From Eledone cirrhosa (Eukaryota): a stretch of 64,000 nt of DNA. The position numbers and the translations under genes are program-made. This document shows positions 42,420 through 56,271 of this stretch, piece by piece. The notes beneath the pieces are model-generated. The model had not been told where the DNA came from. It saw nothing but the letters and a program-made list of their open reading frames with translations, and did not search any database. Within the stretch, counting starts at the first letter, position 1. The number at the start of each line of letters is the position of its first letter. The stretch covers positions 403,682,001 to 403,746,000 of the forward strand of contig OZ024741.1 of NCBI GenBank assembly GCA_964016885.1, written 5' to 3'.

Positions 42420-43287
42420 TATAATACAGTTCGTCAGAATTTACTAAATCGTATCCCAAAAGCAAGATACTATGGTCTGCTGATTGATTCGACCCCTGAC
42501 GAGGCGCACCGAGAACAACTGTCAAGAGTTGTGCGATATGTCGATGTTGATTTCAATATGAAGACGGTCGTTGTGAGGGAATCTTTTCTTGGATTCATTC
42601 AAGTAATCAAAAAAGATGCCGCAAGCCTTGTTGAAACAATCGTGAAAGAGCTAGAAAAAGATGACCTACCACTGCATAACCAATACCGAAATTACTGAGG
42701 ACGTCGAGGTGGCTGCCAGAAAAGAGATAGAGAGAGCAATGCAAAGTTCACTCAATCGTCTTCAAACAGAAATGGAAGAGCGGTTTATTCAACTTAAGGA
42801 AACCGACTCAAGTTTTGGCTTTCTTCTTGATGTCAACTATCTGTTTTATTTGGCTGCTCCTGATAACCTTGTCCTTAAACAAAGGTGCAACAGTCTTGCG
42901 AAACTATACAACTCCGATATCGACAGAGAGCAATTGTATGAGGAAATCTTGGACTGCCGATCTTTGCTGGCTACTAGGACAGGTGACCCAATTTTAAAGC
43001 CGGAGGCACTTCTCCAATTCATCATACAATACGGCGATGAATGTGTTTTTCCCAATTTACGAATCAGCATTCAAATAATGTTGACGATTTCTATTTCAAT
43101 TGGCAGTTATGAGAGGTCGTTCAGAAAGCTAAAGCTAAAACATTCGTGTTTGCGAACTTCAATGGACCAACAACGGCTGACTGACCTCGCCCTTTTGAGT
43201 GTAGAAATCGAAGAGTTTGAACGAACTGATTTCGAGGAAATTACCAACCAGTTTGCCTCATTAAAAGCCCGAAAAATCAAGTTGTAA
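42420..43287 (+). pseudogene. Internally deleted hAT transposase (ZMYM1/hAT-type; C-terminal dimerisation domain)
   Basis: YYGLLIDSTPDEAHREQLSRVVRYV (first catalytic D region) at ~42468-42545 is joined out of frame to ORF 42661..43287, which contains FPNL...ERSFRKLKL...LRTSMDQQRLTDLALLSVE. Confidence 0.88.
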
Positions 43288-43745
43288 CCGTTTTTTGTTT
43301 TTTTATTATAAATTCTACCGCAATTTCGTCTTTGTGGATCTTGATTTTTTGATGGGGGGGGGGGGGGCAATTTTGATGCTTGCCCTGGGCGCCGTTTACC
43401 CTAGCTACACCACTATATATATATTTATATAGCCATTTACCTTTCTACAAAATATGGCGGCAATTTATGAAGATGTGAAGATATCCTGACTTCGAAATAT
43501 GTATTTCTGTAGCTCGATTCCTACACCATTATATCAATGTCTCTCTTTACTTTTAATAATTCATTGTAAAATCTGTAAAAGAAATAGCAACATGGAGAAT
43601 TACATCTGTTTCTTCTTTGTTGTAGTTTAAAATATCGACTTGAAACTATACAAAATCGATATTTTCTTACTTGGAGACATATGTGGATTATTAACTTAGG
43701 AGGAAGAGTCATAAAACACAAGTGTGTGTGTGTGGGTGTGGGTGT

Positions 43746-43843
<98 letters not shown>

Positions 43844-43854
43844 ATCTACTATCT

Positions 43855-44335
43855 GTCTGTTCCTCTGTATTGTGGCTATGGTGAAAGGTTATATGGTGGA
43901 CGAGATTGAGAGGACTGAGGACAGATGCCTTTCTCTCCGGACAACAACCCATTCCCGTCTTTAGGTACCGCTTTAGAAGGAGAATCAGAGTGGAGAGAGA
44001 GGTACTGCACCCCAGTAAATTTACTGAAACGTGGGTGAATATGGCATAAATGGCCCGAGTGATTGGGCCTTTTCTGTATATAAACCTGTAGGTTGAAGAT
44101 GAGAGCAAAAAGAAGAAAGGAGCACTTGCACAACACGCTCCTGGAGTTGAGGGTTGTTCTATCGACGGGCTATTAAACAACCCATTTGTGGGGCCTCCCT
44201 CCTATTGGGGATTTCGATTGTTATATTTGTTTGTTTTATATTTTTACACGACTGTATGTAAAATCCCGGGCATGTGTCTTTGTATTGTCCCCTTTTCTTG
44301 TGCGCCCTTGTGGCTAATAAAGAAATATATCTACC
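43855..44335 (+). mobile_element. 3' fragment of a Tx1-like LINE (diverged relative of 50522-56240)
   Basis: Translates (with one frameshift) FLCIVAMVK..IWWTRLRGLRTDAFLSGQQ..FRYRFRRRIRVEREVLHPSKF.ETWV. The 3' end GCCCTTGTGGCTAATAAAGAAATATATCTA matches the other copies. Confidence 0.85.
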
Positions 44336-44570
44336 TATGTATATATATATATATATATGTGTGTGTGTATGTGTCTGTGTATGTGTGTGTGTATGTGTCT
44401 GTGTATATGTGTGTGTATGTGTATCTGTTTGTGTCTGTGTATATATGGGTGTGTATATGTCTGTGTATGTGTATATATGTGTGTGTATGTGTGTGTGTAT
44501 GTATGTGTGTGTCTGTGTGCCTGTGTCAGTGTCGGTCTGTACCTATATATATATATATATACATACATAT

Positions 44571-44689
<119 letters not shown>

Positions 44690-44713
44690 TAATATATATA
44701 TATATATACATAT

Positions 44714-44825
<112 letters not shown>

Positions 44826-44859
44826 TTATATATATATATATATATACATATATACATAT

Positions 44860-44890
<31 letters not shown>

Positions 44891-44989
44891 TACATATATA
44901 CATATATACATATATACATATATACATATACACACATACACGTAAATATTATGCATGTACATACCTGCATGAGAAAGAGAAAGAGAGCG

Positions 44990-45014
44990 AAATAAATAAA
45001 TAAATAAATAAATA

Positions 45015-45050
<36 letters not shown>

Positions 45051-45345
45051 ACGAACGAATGAAAGAAAGAAAAAAGAAAGAAGAAAAAAAGAGGGAGAGA
45101 AAGAGGGAAAGAGAGAGGGAGAGCGAAATAAATAAATAAAAAGAGAAAGAAAGAAAGGAAGAAAGAAAGAACGAATGAAAGAAAGAAAAATAAAGAATAA
45201 AAAAGGAGGGAGAGAAGGAGGGAAAGAGAGAGTGAGCGAAATAAATAAATAAAGAGAGAAAGAAAGAAAGAACGAATGAAAGAAAGAAAGAATGAAAAAA
45301 ACAATGAAAGAAAGAAAAAAAGAAAGAGAGAGAGAGTGACAGAAA
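44990..45345. repeat. AAAT/AAAG/GA-rich low-complexity tract
   Basis: Directly visible. Confidence 0.9.
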
Positions 45346-45569
45346 GACATCGACAATTAACATAATTCTGTGATATAACAGATATTTAGTCAGCAGACGA
45401 TCTGTAATAAAACAACAAATATCAGTAAATGTTAGTCAAATGGAGTTATATTAGCTATTTCATGCATGGAGCTTCCGTCTCTACATCTATTAGTCACTTT
45501 AATAAGGTGAACATCTTCCAACATCGAATTATTCTTTATAGTTTAGCTTTCATTAATGTGTGTCGGTGG

Positions 45570-45747
45570 TTGGCAGTATCGGTAGAGAGTCGGGCTCCTT
45601 ATTTTCCAGCATAGTTACGTCCCTTTACGATCTGAGTTCAAATCCCGCGAGGTTGACTTTGCCTTTCATCCTTACGGGGTCGATAAAATAAGGTACCAGT
45701 AATGCACTGGGTAATAGCTGGCCTTGTGCCTAACGTAGAAACAATTA
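45570..45747 (+). mobile_element. tRNA-derived SINE copy
   Basis: TGGCAGTATCGGTAGAG...GAGTTCAAATCCCG...CCTTTCATCCTTACGGGGTCGATAAAATAAGGTACCAGT. Confidence 0.85.
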
Positions 45748-45865
45748 ATGTGTGTAGTTTATATCATTGGTTCTATCGTTGTTTTTTTTTACATCAATGT
45801 GGCATCGCAGATGCCTCTTTGAAGATGCAGTTCAAGTCTTTTGAAAACCTATGAATTTCTCTCTG

Positions 45866-45900
<35 letters not shown>

Positions 45901-45942
45901 AAATGAAAATCTGAAGGCAAGGTAAAATTCCAATCATTTTAA

Positions 45943-46016
45943 TCACGATACATGTTTCAATAAGAGATAGATCGATCGTAAAGCCATGATCAATTATCAC
46001 TGATTTCATCAGGTGA
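45943..46016 (-). ncRNA. Degenerate type I hammerhead ribozyme
   Basis: - strand reads TCAC-CTGATGA-AAT...ATT-GAAAC-ATGT-ATC-GTGA. Stem I TCAC/GTGA. The cleavage triplet AUC mismatches stem III (probably from GUC). Confidence 0.6.
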
Positions 46017-46245
46017 AAATGAATTGTCTTCAAATATGAGGGAGAAAATTAGCAATGTTCACTCACAGTTTATTCCCTCATAAAATGATTCAGATTTTCA
46101 TTTTGATACTTATACTCCGTTTTACATCATCTAGCTGTTCCCTTGAATGCAATTGGAGATATACTAAAGCGTGGAGAACTTAATATTGCAAACATAAATT
46201 TATTGGACCGTTTTACACAACCAATAATACACCTTACTATATAAC

Positions 46246-46313
<68 letters not shown>

Positions 46314-46650
46314 GTATATATGTATATATGTATGATGTTGACTTGTTCTTCTTTTTGGTAAATATCATCTTGGTTAAGAGAGTGGGACTGGCTTTGTGCC
46401 GTGCCTTTGCTCACTATAAAAGCTTAACGGCACAGGCATTGCTTTATATCTGGAGATCTCTCTGCACTTGTCGTCACATGGTACCATGGGCCCAGCACTA
46501 TGTGTCAGTAATTGTCACAAGTGTAGTGTTTGTACCAGATTTTTCAAGTCGCTGGCTGGACTAAAAAGTTACACTCGTTCAGCGCATCGGTAGGGGTTCT
46601 CCTACATGGATATAAAGTAGTGGCCGTGCTCGAAAACGAGTTGGCAGCTA

Positions 46651-46706
<56 letters not shown>

Positions 46707-47389
46707 ATATGTATGTATGATGTCTACATGTATATGTATATATATAGTCATTAAAAATGTTTATATATATATGTATATATGTATATAAGTTTATATATCT
46801 ATTCTGTTATTTTGCCCGAGAAAATGTCTATGTGTGTCATCAAACGTTGTACACAGACATTTTTTAAAGTTCGAATTGAGTTCTAGCACGTGGCCTGAAT
46901 TCCTTTTAGAATTCATTGTCCTGCGCATGCATTGTTTTTTTTGGCGGTAATTTACTTCCTCATTTTTGAATCAGTTTGAGTATTTCTTTAGAACTGTTGG
47001 AGTAGCAACCTAACAGATACCTCAAGCACTGATGGTGATTATCGCTAAATACTGATATTGGTTTGATTATCAATATTAGTATTATTGGGCACCAATACTA
47101 AGAGCCCACTTGAATATATATCTGTTGATTTTATACAATCTCCTACATAAATTGGTATAATTTCACCCAAATTGTAGGAATCTTATAATGAAACGAGACG
47201 TCCGTCTGGGAAGTGATATATTCGATATGTCTCATATGAAATAATACAGCCAATTTTCTACATAATACATTTAGTTAGCACCCCGAACGTTTAATTAGGA
47301 ATATACTCACTTATTTCCTAATGTTTGTTGAGTGAGTTGGAATTTGGCTGGAGTATCGCAGAAAAGCTTTCTCCGATAATGTATTTATT

Positions 47390-47426
<37 letters not shown>

Positions 47427-48179
47427 AAATCAAAAGATGGTTAAAAGAGTTCCATGTATTTTATTATGCGCATTTCAAAAACAAATATCATCATGGGATG
47501 ATATTTGCGTTCTCATCAGATAAAATAGGGAGACATGATATGAAGCGTAAAAAACACTTGCGAGCAGTGAAGTGTTAAATCAACATATGAAAAATAAAAT
47601 AAGATGGATATATGAGATTGGAAAAAAGGAAAGGAAGGGGGGAAGGAAAAGGTAAGGAAGAGGAAGAAAGAATATAGATAGAAGAAAAAATATAATAATA
47701 AGGAAAGGATGACGGAGGAGGAGTATAAGAAGGAAGGATGAGAGAGGAGGAGAAAATGAGTTAGAGAGAGAGAGATATAACCTTTAATACTGAGAAACAC
47801 TGTATCACAGAGAAAAATAAAAAAAAACCGTTGTAAGATAATACATAATTTAAAAAATTAAGAAATTAAAAGTTAATGAGGTTTATGAATGGTGATGCTT
47901 ATGATTAAAGAAAAAGGAATTAAGAATACTATTTATTTAAGGTTTATATATTGAAGGGTTTAATAAGATGTCCGAAAAGGAATTTATTAAAATGTATTAT
48001 TAAAATAAAATATATTAAGAAGATAAGGTGAATGAAGATAAGGTTAAATGAATTATGAACTTAGAGGAATTAATTAGGGTCTAAGTTAGTTTCTATATAT
48101 TGTAATAGTACATAATTAATTCCTCAATTTTGATGCTTGCCCTGGGCACTGTTTACCCTAGCTACGCCACTGTGTATAT

Positions 48180-48266
<87 letters not shown>

Positions 48267-48277
48267 TATATATATAT

Positions 48278-48818
48278 AATCAAGGTTTTGCAAATAAGAA
48301 AAAGTTTTAAAATAAATTTTAAAAAGTTTACTGTACCTGCTATAATTACCCTTACCGCGCGGTTTTAAGTCTCAAAATAAATGGATAATCCATGCGGAAA
48401 TCCATTGAGAAGAAGACTTTCGTCAGAGGGTTCTTCTCACTCGGAGAATATAAAATTCCCGAGTTCAAATCACGAACTGGCGCCATACAGAACTGTTCCA
48501 GGATGAGAGTGTATGATGAAGAAACAATTTTGTCTAGTGCCGTGTGTACAGATAGAAGGCAGGGGCGGAAAGGTCAATGTACTGCCACTAGAAATAGCAG
48601 CAGTTAAAACGACCAAAATGTTATCTCGACCAGGGGAGATTAATAATAATAAAGTATGTTTCCCTACATGCAAAATGCATATAGGGACACATGTATTATC
48701 CAACCGTATGCCAATGTGGTTCTATGGTAGGTTAATAAATTAACGAGCCAGAACATATATAATCAATGTTTAGCAAATAAGAAAAAGTTTTAAAATAAAT
48801 TTTAAAAAGTTCACTGTA
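48278..48818 (-). mobile_element. 483-bp hammerhead element with ~58-bp terminal direct repeat (1.1-mer retrozyme/pLTR), between microsatellites
   Basis: 48278-48335 is repeated at 48761-48818. - strand 48348-48431 reads ACCCT-CTGACGA-AAGTCT...AGACTT-AAAAC-CGCGCG-GTA-AGGGT (G12>A). Confidence 0.8.
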
Positions 48819-49415
48819 TATATATATATATATATATGTTGTATATATATATGTTGTATATATGTATATATATATTGCCAGTACAAACCGGTGAGGTATG
48901 TGAACATCCGCAAGAAAACAGAAAAGCCGTTGTTTTACAATCCCCTGATGAGTAATATAGTTCTTCTGCCTCTTGTTAGGTATTGCCTTTTCTCAGATGC
49001 TGTCAGAAATGTAGTGAAGTAATTATTGGTACGTAGACGGGAGTTAGAACATATAACAAACGCCATGCGTTCACATATTGAGATATAGAACATTACCAAT
49101 CTGTAGGATACAGTTGAGAGATGCAACTCAGACTGGGGATGTAGAGTCTGTCATTCCCTCCCAATCCTCTCCTCCTTCTTTAATTTATTCTTTCCTTTTA
49201 TTTCTTTTCTTTTTCTTCTATTCATTATTTTCTTATTGCTTTATATAAATTTTTCTGTAAATAAACATTCATTAATAAATAAATATAAATCTTCCAAGTG
49301 TAACATCTGGAATGAGGTTTTCATCTACAAGCAATATTTATACAAGATCTAAATACTCGTATATTGAATATTTCTAGATAGGAGCAAATGTTTCGCTGCC
49401 TCAGAACGTTTATTA

Positions 49416-49622
49416 TTGGCAGTATCGGTAGAGAGTCGGACGCCATGCTTTGCAGTATAGTTACGTACTTTACAGGCTGAGTTCAAATCCCGCCGAGGTG
49501 ACCTTTGCCTTTCATCCTTACGGGGTCGGTAAAATAAAGTACCAGTAATGCACTGAGGTCGATTTAATCGACTCTCCCCTCCCCTCCAAAATTGCTGGCC
49601 TTGTGCCTATATAAGAAACCAA
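49416..49622 (+). mobile_element. tRNA-derived SINE copy
   Basis: Full A-box/B-box head and body as in the other copies. Confidence 0.85.
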
Positions 49623-49643
49623 TATACACACATACACACACAT

Positions 49644-49680
<37 letters not shown>

Positions 49681-50380
49681 CATATGTGGTTGTTTATTCA
49701 ATAGAGCGTCGAGTAGTTTAAGCCAAAATGTATCTAGGTATACATTTAAGTCTGAAAGAAAATGCAAAAAAAAAAATATTCTATGAAAAATAGGCATTAG
49801 TAGGTAATAATTTTGTGTATTTATATCGACAAAAGAAGAAAACGTGTTTTATAACACAAAAACCTCACATATGATGAGACGAGATATATGCACAAACCTG
49901 TTGGTTTATTGCAGCTATAAGTCTGTAAGCACGTAAAAATGTACAATTAATGATGGAAAAACAATAAACTGCTGCCGCAAGGAAGTAATTTTAGATCAAG
50001 GAAAATAAGACATTGAAGGATTTGCTACGAAGTGAATTTATTGACACTTGGTTTCTCTTTCATATCTCTATTTTATTATACAATTTCATTTACACCTCCA
50101 TAGAACACTATAACCATTCATATGTCTTTCGTTCTTCCTTCTCTTCTTGTCTTTGTTTATCCAGTTGTTTTTCTAAGAGTTCTGGCTTTGTTACAGGTGT
50201 TCTTTCGTTATCAGCAGACCAGTAGTGATAACAGCACGTACTAGCTCTTATAGACTTTTGTAGACCACTTCTCTCATACAGAGAAGCAAAAATCAACAGT
50301 AGAAGAAGATAGAAGTAAAAGATAAGGAGACTGACGTCTGTGAAAGACTTTCAGACAGACAACGAATATATCTGTTGGTA

Positions 50381-50418
<38 letters not shown>

Positions 50419-50788
50419 GGGAGTAGAAAGTATATAGAGAGTGGAAACAGAGAGGAAGTGGGGAGAGACGGGGGAGAGAGAGAGTAGAAAGAGGCGAGAG
50501 AGAGGGTAGAAAGTAGATAGATATGTTTCTTTTATTTGCCACCAGGGCATCAAAAGCGGGACAAGTACAATGGGGGGAGTTTACAAAACAAGGCGTCCTC
50601 AATAAGGAGGTGGCAATAACAATATATAAAAATAAAATAAAATATGACAAAAAATAAAATTTATAACAAAGTCCTCAATAGAGAGGAGGCGCCTTGGGGG
50701 GTCGCACACACCCCCGAAAAAAAGTGTGCAACCCTTTTCCTCAGGAGCACAGTGAAGGGGTGCTCCCTTGGTCTTTCATCTTCCTCAC

Positions 50789-53700
50789 CTATAGTCTGAT
50801 GTAGAGTGAAGGTCCATTCACACGGGCCATTCTCGCCACTTTCACCCATCTTTCATAAAAACGGCTGGGGTGCAGCACCTCTCTCTCCATCCTGATCCTT
50901 CTTCCGAAATGATATCGGAAGGAACGGACCAGTTGTTGGCCAGAGAGAAAGGTGTCTGACCTCAGTCCTTTCAGACGCGTCCACCATACAACCTCTTTCG
51001 CCATGGCTATTACGCACAGAAACACCGCCTCTTCTTCGTTTTTGAAGAGGGGAGGCGGCTTGATCGTTACAATAGACTCGGTGGTCAACCGGATCGGTCC
51101 CACCCTTGACAGCAGTTGTTCGACATAGCCCCACAGATCGGCAATGCCTGAGCAGTGTACCAATGCGTGTGCAACGGTTTCCTCGTCGCACACGCATCTG
51201 GGACAGATCTTTTTCGAGGGGTCCCTACCCGGGCGCCCGTGTCTGTAGAGCCTTTCTCGAACGGGCAGAGCCCTTCTGTAACATTGCCAGGCCAGGGACC
51301 TCTGGAAATTATCCATGGGTCCCGGGCTGAATGTCCTACCGAACAGGTTTGCCAGTTCGTCTTCCTCCATCCCTAGGGCTTCTCCGAGGGCGTCGTCGCA
51401 CCTGCTAACCACCATCCCTCTATAGACGAGGTGGATTCTCCACTGACAGCCGGGTCCGCCTGCCAGAGAGCCGTGAGCGCCTGGGCACACTCGGTGTGCC
51501 AGGCTCCCAGTTTTCTCGGTCTTTGCTTGACCCAGGATTGCAGCTCGGTGAGTGAGACGAGTCTGGGAAAGGCTCGCCTCACAAACGGGGCCCACACCGG
51601 TTGACCGGAGAGGAATACCTGAAGGTGCCGTAGCCTTAATGCGTGTTTACGTATCATTAGCCACGGCATCCCCAGCCCTCCTTTCGAAGGGTGTTGACAG
51701 CAGATGGATCTTCTCACCATAGGAGCCCGCTTCTTCCAAAGGAAATGGAAGAGTGCGCGCTCCATTTTGGCGTGCGTTTCCCTTGGGTAAGGCACAACGG
51801 TCAGCCGGTAGTAGATGACGGACGCTATATAAGTGTTCGCCACCTCCGCCCGACCTTTCAGGGACAGTTTGCACTCGGCCCACTTCTGGGTCAGTGCAAA
51901 CACCCTGTTCGTTACCTCACCCCAGTTCTTCTCCACCTGGAGGTCTGGTCCGAACCAGACGCCGAACAACTTCACCGGGCCCTGCGTCCAGCGCCCGACG
52001 ACGCCATCGGAGGGCATCGATCTGCCCCTCCACGTGCCGAGTTGCAGACCGATCGACTTGTCCCGGTTCAGCTTAGCCCCTGTAAACCTTTCGTACTCCT
52101 CCAGTAAGGTGCCGATCGCCCCGATTTCCGAGGCCGTCGACACCATTACTGTTACGTCATCGGCGTAGGCTGACACCGCTTTCCGCAATCCCGGTTCCAA
52201 CGGGATGCGCTGCAACAACTCCAACTTCCGCAGCAGTGGTTCTAGAGTCATTACATACAGAAGGGAGGAGAGAGGGCACCCCTGTCGGATGGACCGCGCG
52301 ATTTCGAACGGCTCCGAGAGGTAGCCGTTCACCTTGACCCTAGAGCAGATGCGGCTGCTGTGCATGGCATTGATCCAGCCCCTGAAAACGGGTCCGAAGC
52401 CTGCCGCCGCTAGCACCGCATCCAGGTAAACATGGTCGACCCTATCGAATGCCTTAGATTGATCCAAGTTGATCAGGGCCCCACCAAAGCCGGGTTCGTT
52501 CCCAACCCTCTCTATGATGTATCGCATGAGGTGGAGGTTGTCGTGGATGGACCTGGACGGGATAGCACATGTCTGCGCATCTCCCACCAGGTTGCCCACG
52601 ACAAGCGCCAACCTCTTTGCTAGCACCTTGGCCAAAATCTGTAACTCTGTATTTAGCAGAGTTATGGGCCTGAAATTATTTATATCGTCCCCCTTGTTCT
52701 CGTCCTTCCTCACTAGCGTGACTACGCCCTTGGTCACAGCACAGGGAATTCTCCCGTTCTGTTGCCAGTTGCAGTAGACCGCCTCGAGGAGATCGGGGAA
52801 CAAGTCCGGCATAGCTAGATATAGTTCGTATGGAAGACGATCGAGACCCGGGGATTTGCGTTTGCCGCATTGGCTCAGCACGTCCTCTATCTCAGCGGCT
52901 GAAATCGGCTCCTCGCAGGACTTCGCCTCCCTGTCCGAGAGACGCGACAGGCCGTCGAGGTATGGACCGAAGTCCACATCCCCAACAGGCCCCCCGCCCC
53001 TTCCGAACAATCCGGCAAAGTGCTTCTGAAAAGCCTCGCACATCTGATTAGGTTCAAGGATCACCCGTCCATCCTGGTCTCGCAAAGACCGGATAGTGGA
53101 TCTGCTCCCTCTTTTGGCTTCTGTCACGCGGGCCCAGCTAACAGCTTCGGTCCCCTCGTTTCCCAGAACACGTATTTTGCTTCGGACGATGCAGCCTTCG
53201 TGTTTCGCGTCGAAGAATTGGCCCAGGGCCGTTCTCGACGCTAGCACTCTGGCCACGTCACCGCTTCTAATTGCCTCTTCTACACTATCTACCAACTTCC
53301 TTTCCTTCCTATTTCTATTTGAGGCTAACTCCTTACTAAATTCTATAGAGTCTACTCTAATCTCTCTTTTGAGAGATCCCCACCACCTGCTGTTGACGAT
53401 GGCGCCCGTCAACCACTCCTTAACTAAAGTGCTAATCCGGTCCCTGTAAGCCTTACTTGCCGGTAAGGACAAGTTGAGCTTCCAGTAACCGGGTCCCTGT
53501 CTATGAGTTCTGTCAAGGTTGACCATGCAGGTCACTAACTTGTGGTCTGAATAGCCAACCATGCGCATTTTTGGACAACTTAAAAAGTCCTTATCCTTAA
53601 TTCTAACTAAGAACCTATCTAGGTACGACCTAGATGATCCGCTACGATTTTCCCAAGTCCAGATTGGCGCAGTCGGAAAATCTAGTCGATATCTATCGGC

Positions 53701-54246
53701 CAGGTCAAATCGACCGATTAACCCTTTGAGGCTATTACACCCCTCTCTATCGGGACAGGCCCCTACGTAGTCCCAGCGTGCATCTGGGATACCATTCCAG
53801 TCCCCCACTAATAGCAAGGAGCGGGACGTCCCTAGAAAAGTCTCCAGACGATGGAAGAAGTCCGGTCGCATTGACCCGAATGGGCCGTAGGCGGCTACCA
53901 ACCTAAACGCTCCGCCTTTACCACTGCCAAGGTCCAGAACCACTAGTCGACCCTCCGGGTCCAAATGTACCATCTGTGTTGCGAGACCCAGATGTTTTTG
54001 CAGCAGAACGACAACTCCACCCCCACCTCCGGGCTGACAGAGAGATGCATGCATCTCAAAGTCATCAAAGGTGGGGGCCAGCTGTCGCACGTTGCTGATC
54101 CGGGCCTCGCAAATAACCATCACATCTATACGTTGTGACCTGAGGTCATTTAGAAGCATTGCTTGCTTCCAAGTTGAGCCCAGGCCACGCGCATTTAAAC
54201 AGCCTACTCTTAGCATAGCCATGTTGGTGGTGAAGAGAAAAGGCAC
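50789..54246 (-). pseudogene. Tx1-like ORF2 (APE endonuclease, RT, C-terminal CCHC), one frameshift near 51415
   Basis: APE motifs CLNARGL, LLVGDWN, SYLDRF and SDH. RT motifs KSPGLD, FRPITLLN, LDQSKAFDRVDH, RQGCPLS and YADD. Zn finger CPRC...ETVAHALVHC. The frameshift is evident against the intact frame in the 56536..57815 copy. Confidence 0.93.
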
Positions 54247-55877
54247 TTACCTCTCTGCGTCCCGGGTATCGGGCTGCACAATTTCCATTAGGGTGGGGGA
54301 TGGGTTGTTGGGTGGGGTGGTGGTTTGTGGAAGTGTAGGGGCATCAGTGTGTTGTGTGGTTGGGGAGTTTGGAGTTGTGTGGGTGTTTGGGGAGGGGGTG
54401 AGGTAGTTTTTTAGGAGGACGCGGTTAATGGGCCCGACGCAGGGGTGACCCACGTCCTCTTTAAAATTGTTTTTTAAAGTTTTATAGGTGTCCTGTGGGG
54501 CCTTAATCATTTTGAGGTGGGGGAAATCCCCTGCCTGGGTGAAGTTAGGCCCTTGTGTTTTTATTAGATTGTTGTTGTACACAATGTTTAACAGTTTTTT
54601 GTTTCTTGTGTTTATGTATGTGTATGCATGTTTTTGTTTTTGTGTGGTGTTTTTTGTTTGCTGTTGTTGTGAGCTCTTTTGTGTTGGTGTCAGTGTTATG
54701 TTTTGGGGAGGGGTTGTTTTCATTTGTGTGTCTGAGGTGTGTTTTTTTTCTTTCTTTTGATTGTGTGGAAGTGCTCCTCCTCGTCTGACGACGAACTAGG
54801 GTCATCTTCCGCGTTGGAGGGGAAGGGTATATTTTCGGGTTGTGTTTGCGGTGCGGGTGTTTTGGAAATTGTTTTTGTTTTTTGAGTGGAGGGGATGGGT
54901 TGGACATTGTTTTGTTTTGGTTTGAGCTGTGGTGGTTGTTTTTGTAGTGGTAGTTGTGGTGATTGTGTTGGTTGTGCAGTTGTTGGTGGTGTAGGCAGGA
55001 TTGGGGCTTTCTTATTAAGTTGGGGACAGACAGCCCTCAGGTGACCTCTGGTTCCGCAGAGGTAACACGAGGGCCGCCTACCCTCAACGGTAATGTTGAT
55101 GAAAGTTAGATCATCCAGTATGACGCGTTCAGGGATCTGGGCGATCCTTTCGGGCCTCATTTGAACTACAAGTTCGAGGCTCGTTCCACTGAGCGCGTCA
55201 CCCGATGCCTTTCCCATGGACACCAGCGTGTCATTATCCAGGTTCAGGAAACCTGTCAAAACCCACCATATGTCCATAATCGGTGTGGATTTTTATTTTT
55301 TGTGTTCTTCTACCCATGTACGTAGAGTAGAAGGTGTATGCGGTGGATGTGATTGGTTTGATGGACAGTTTCACTGCTGTGTCCCTGTCCTTCATGAGAA
55401 TGGATAGACTCCCGTAGAGTCTATCCTTCTGAATGAAGGTGATGTCCTTCATGACGTCTTTTAAAACCAGCTCTATCTCACTCTGTGATGGTTGAGCTGG
55501 TTTTTTGCTTTTATTCGAGATTGTCCTAAACATGACAGTGTTTAGGAGTCTCTGGCTTTTTAGTTCCGGGGAGGGGGGGGATGGATCGTGAATGAACCAT
55601 TTTCCCCGTACACTATATATTTTTTGGCATCTGCCAGTAGCTCCTTCGCTTTGGTTATATCTACTGGCAGATAGTCGAGGGTTTTCCTTGCCGTCTCGGC
55701 GAAGGAGAAATTTTTTTTGTTTGTGTTGCTGTTGTAGTTGGTGGTGTTGTTGTTATCATTGTTGTTGTTGTCACAGTTATTGGTCTTGTTGTTGTTATTG
55801 TTATTGGTGTTGTTTTCGTCCGTCGCATTGTTGTTGTTGCTGTTGCTGGTGCCGCTGGTTTTTTGGGTTGTTGCCAT
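54247..55877 (-). pseudogene. Tx1-like ORF1 (gag-like), split into 4 ORF pieces by frameshifts
   Basis: Consecutive ORFs 55560..55877, 55234..55533, 54720..55277 (VEGRRPSCYLCGTRGHLRAVCP, CX2CX4HX4C) and 54247..54723, ending immediately before ORF2. Confidence 0.85.
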
Positions 55878-56271
55878 GGCAACGTCAAGTTGTCGGTTAA
55901 CAGGTGGAGAAAATCCTTCCTCTGGCTAACCTTTCTTTTTGAAATCTGCTACTGTGACAGTGGCAGGGGGAAGCTGTAAGCTTATCTTCCCCTTTCCTCC
56001 TTCGAATTTTGGTGAAGATGCTTCAGCCATTTTTAAAAAAATAGGATTTTTCGAAATATTAAATGTTTACGACACTATTTCGCCTAAAGGCGTAGAATAT
56101 TTTGAGAGACTGACCAGATCAAAATTTGACCTGGCAGTCCCTCTACAAAATGGTACAAAAATGAAAGTTTACAGTTCACAATTTCCAGTTAAATTTAAAC
56201 GAAACTTACCGAGCGAGCTCAGCACATGTGTCCATCGTAAAGAGATAGATAAGAAAGTGTATAGATAGATA

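Larger units (their letters stand above)
50522..56240 (-). mobile_element. Apparently full-length Tx1-like (L1 group) non-LTR retrotransposon
   Basis: 5' UTR, frameshifted ORF1 with a CCHC knuckle, ORF2 with APE-RT-Zn finger, and a 3' UTR with AATAAA ending in a TCTA/TC-rich tract. Confidence 0.93.
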
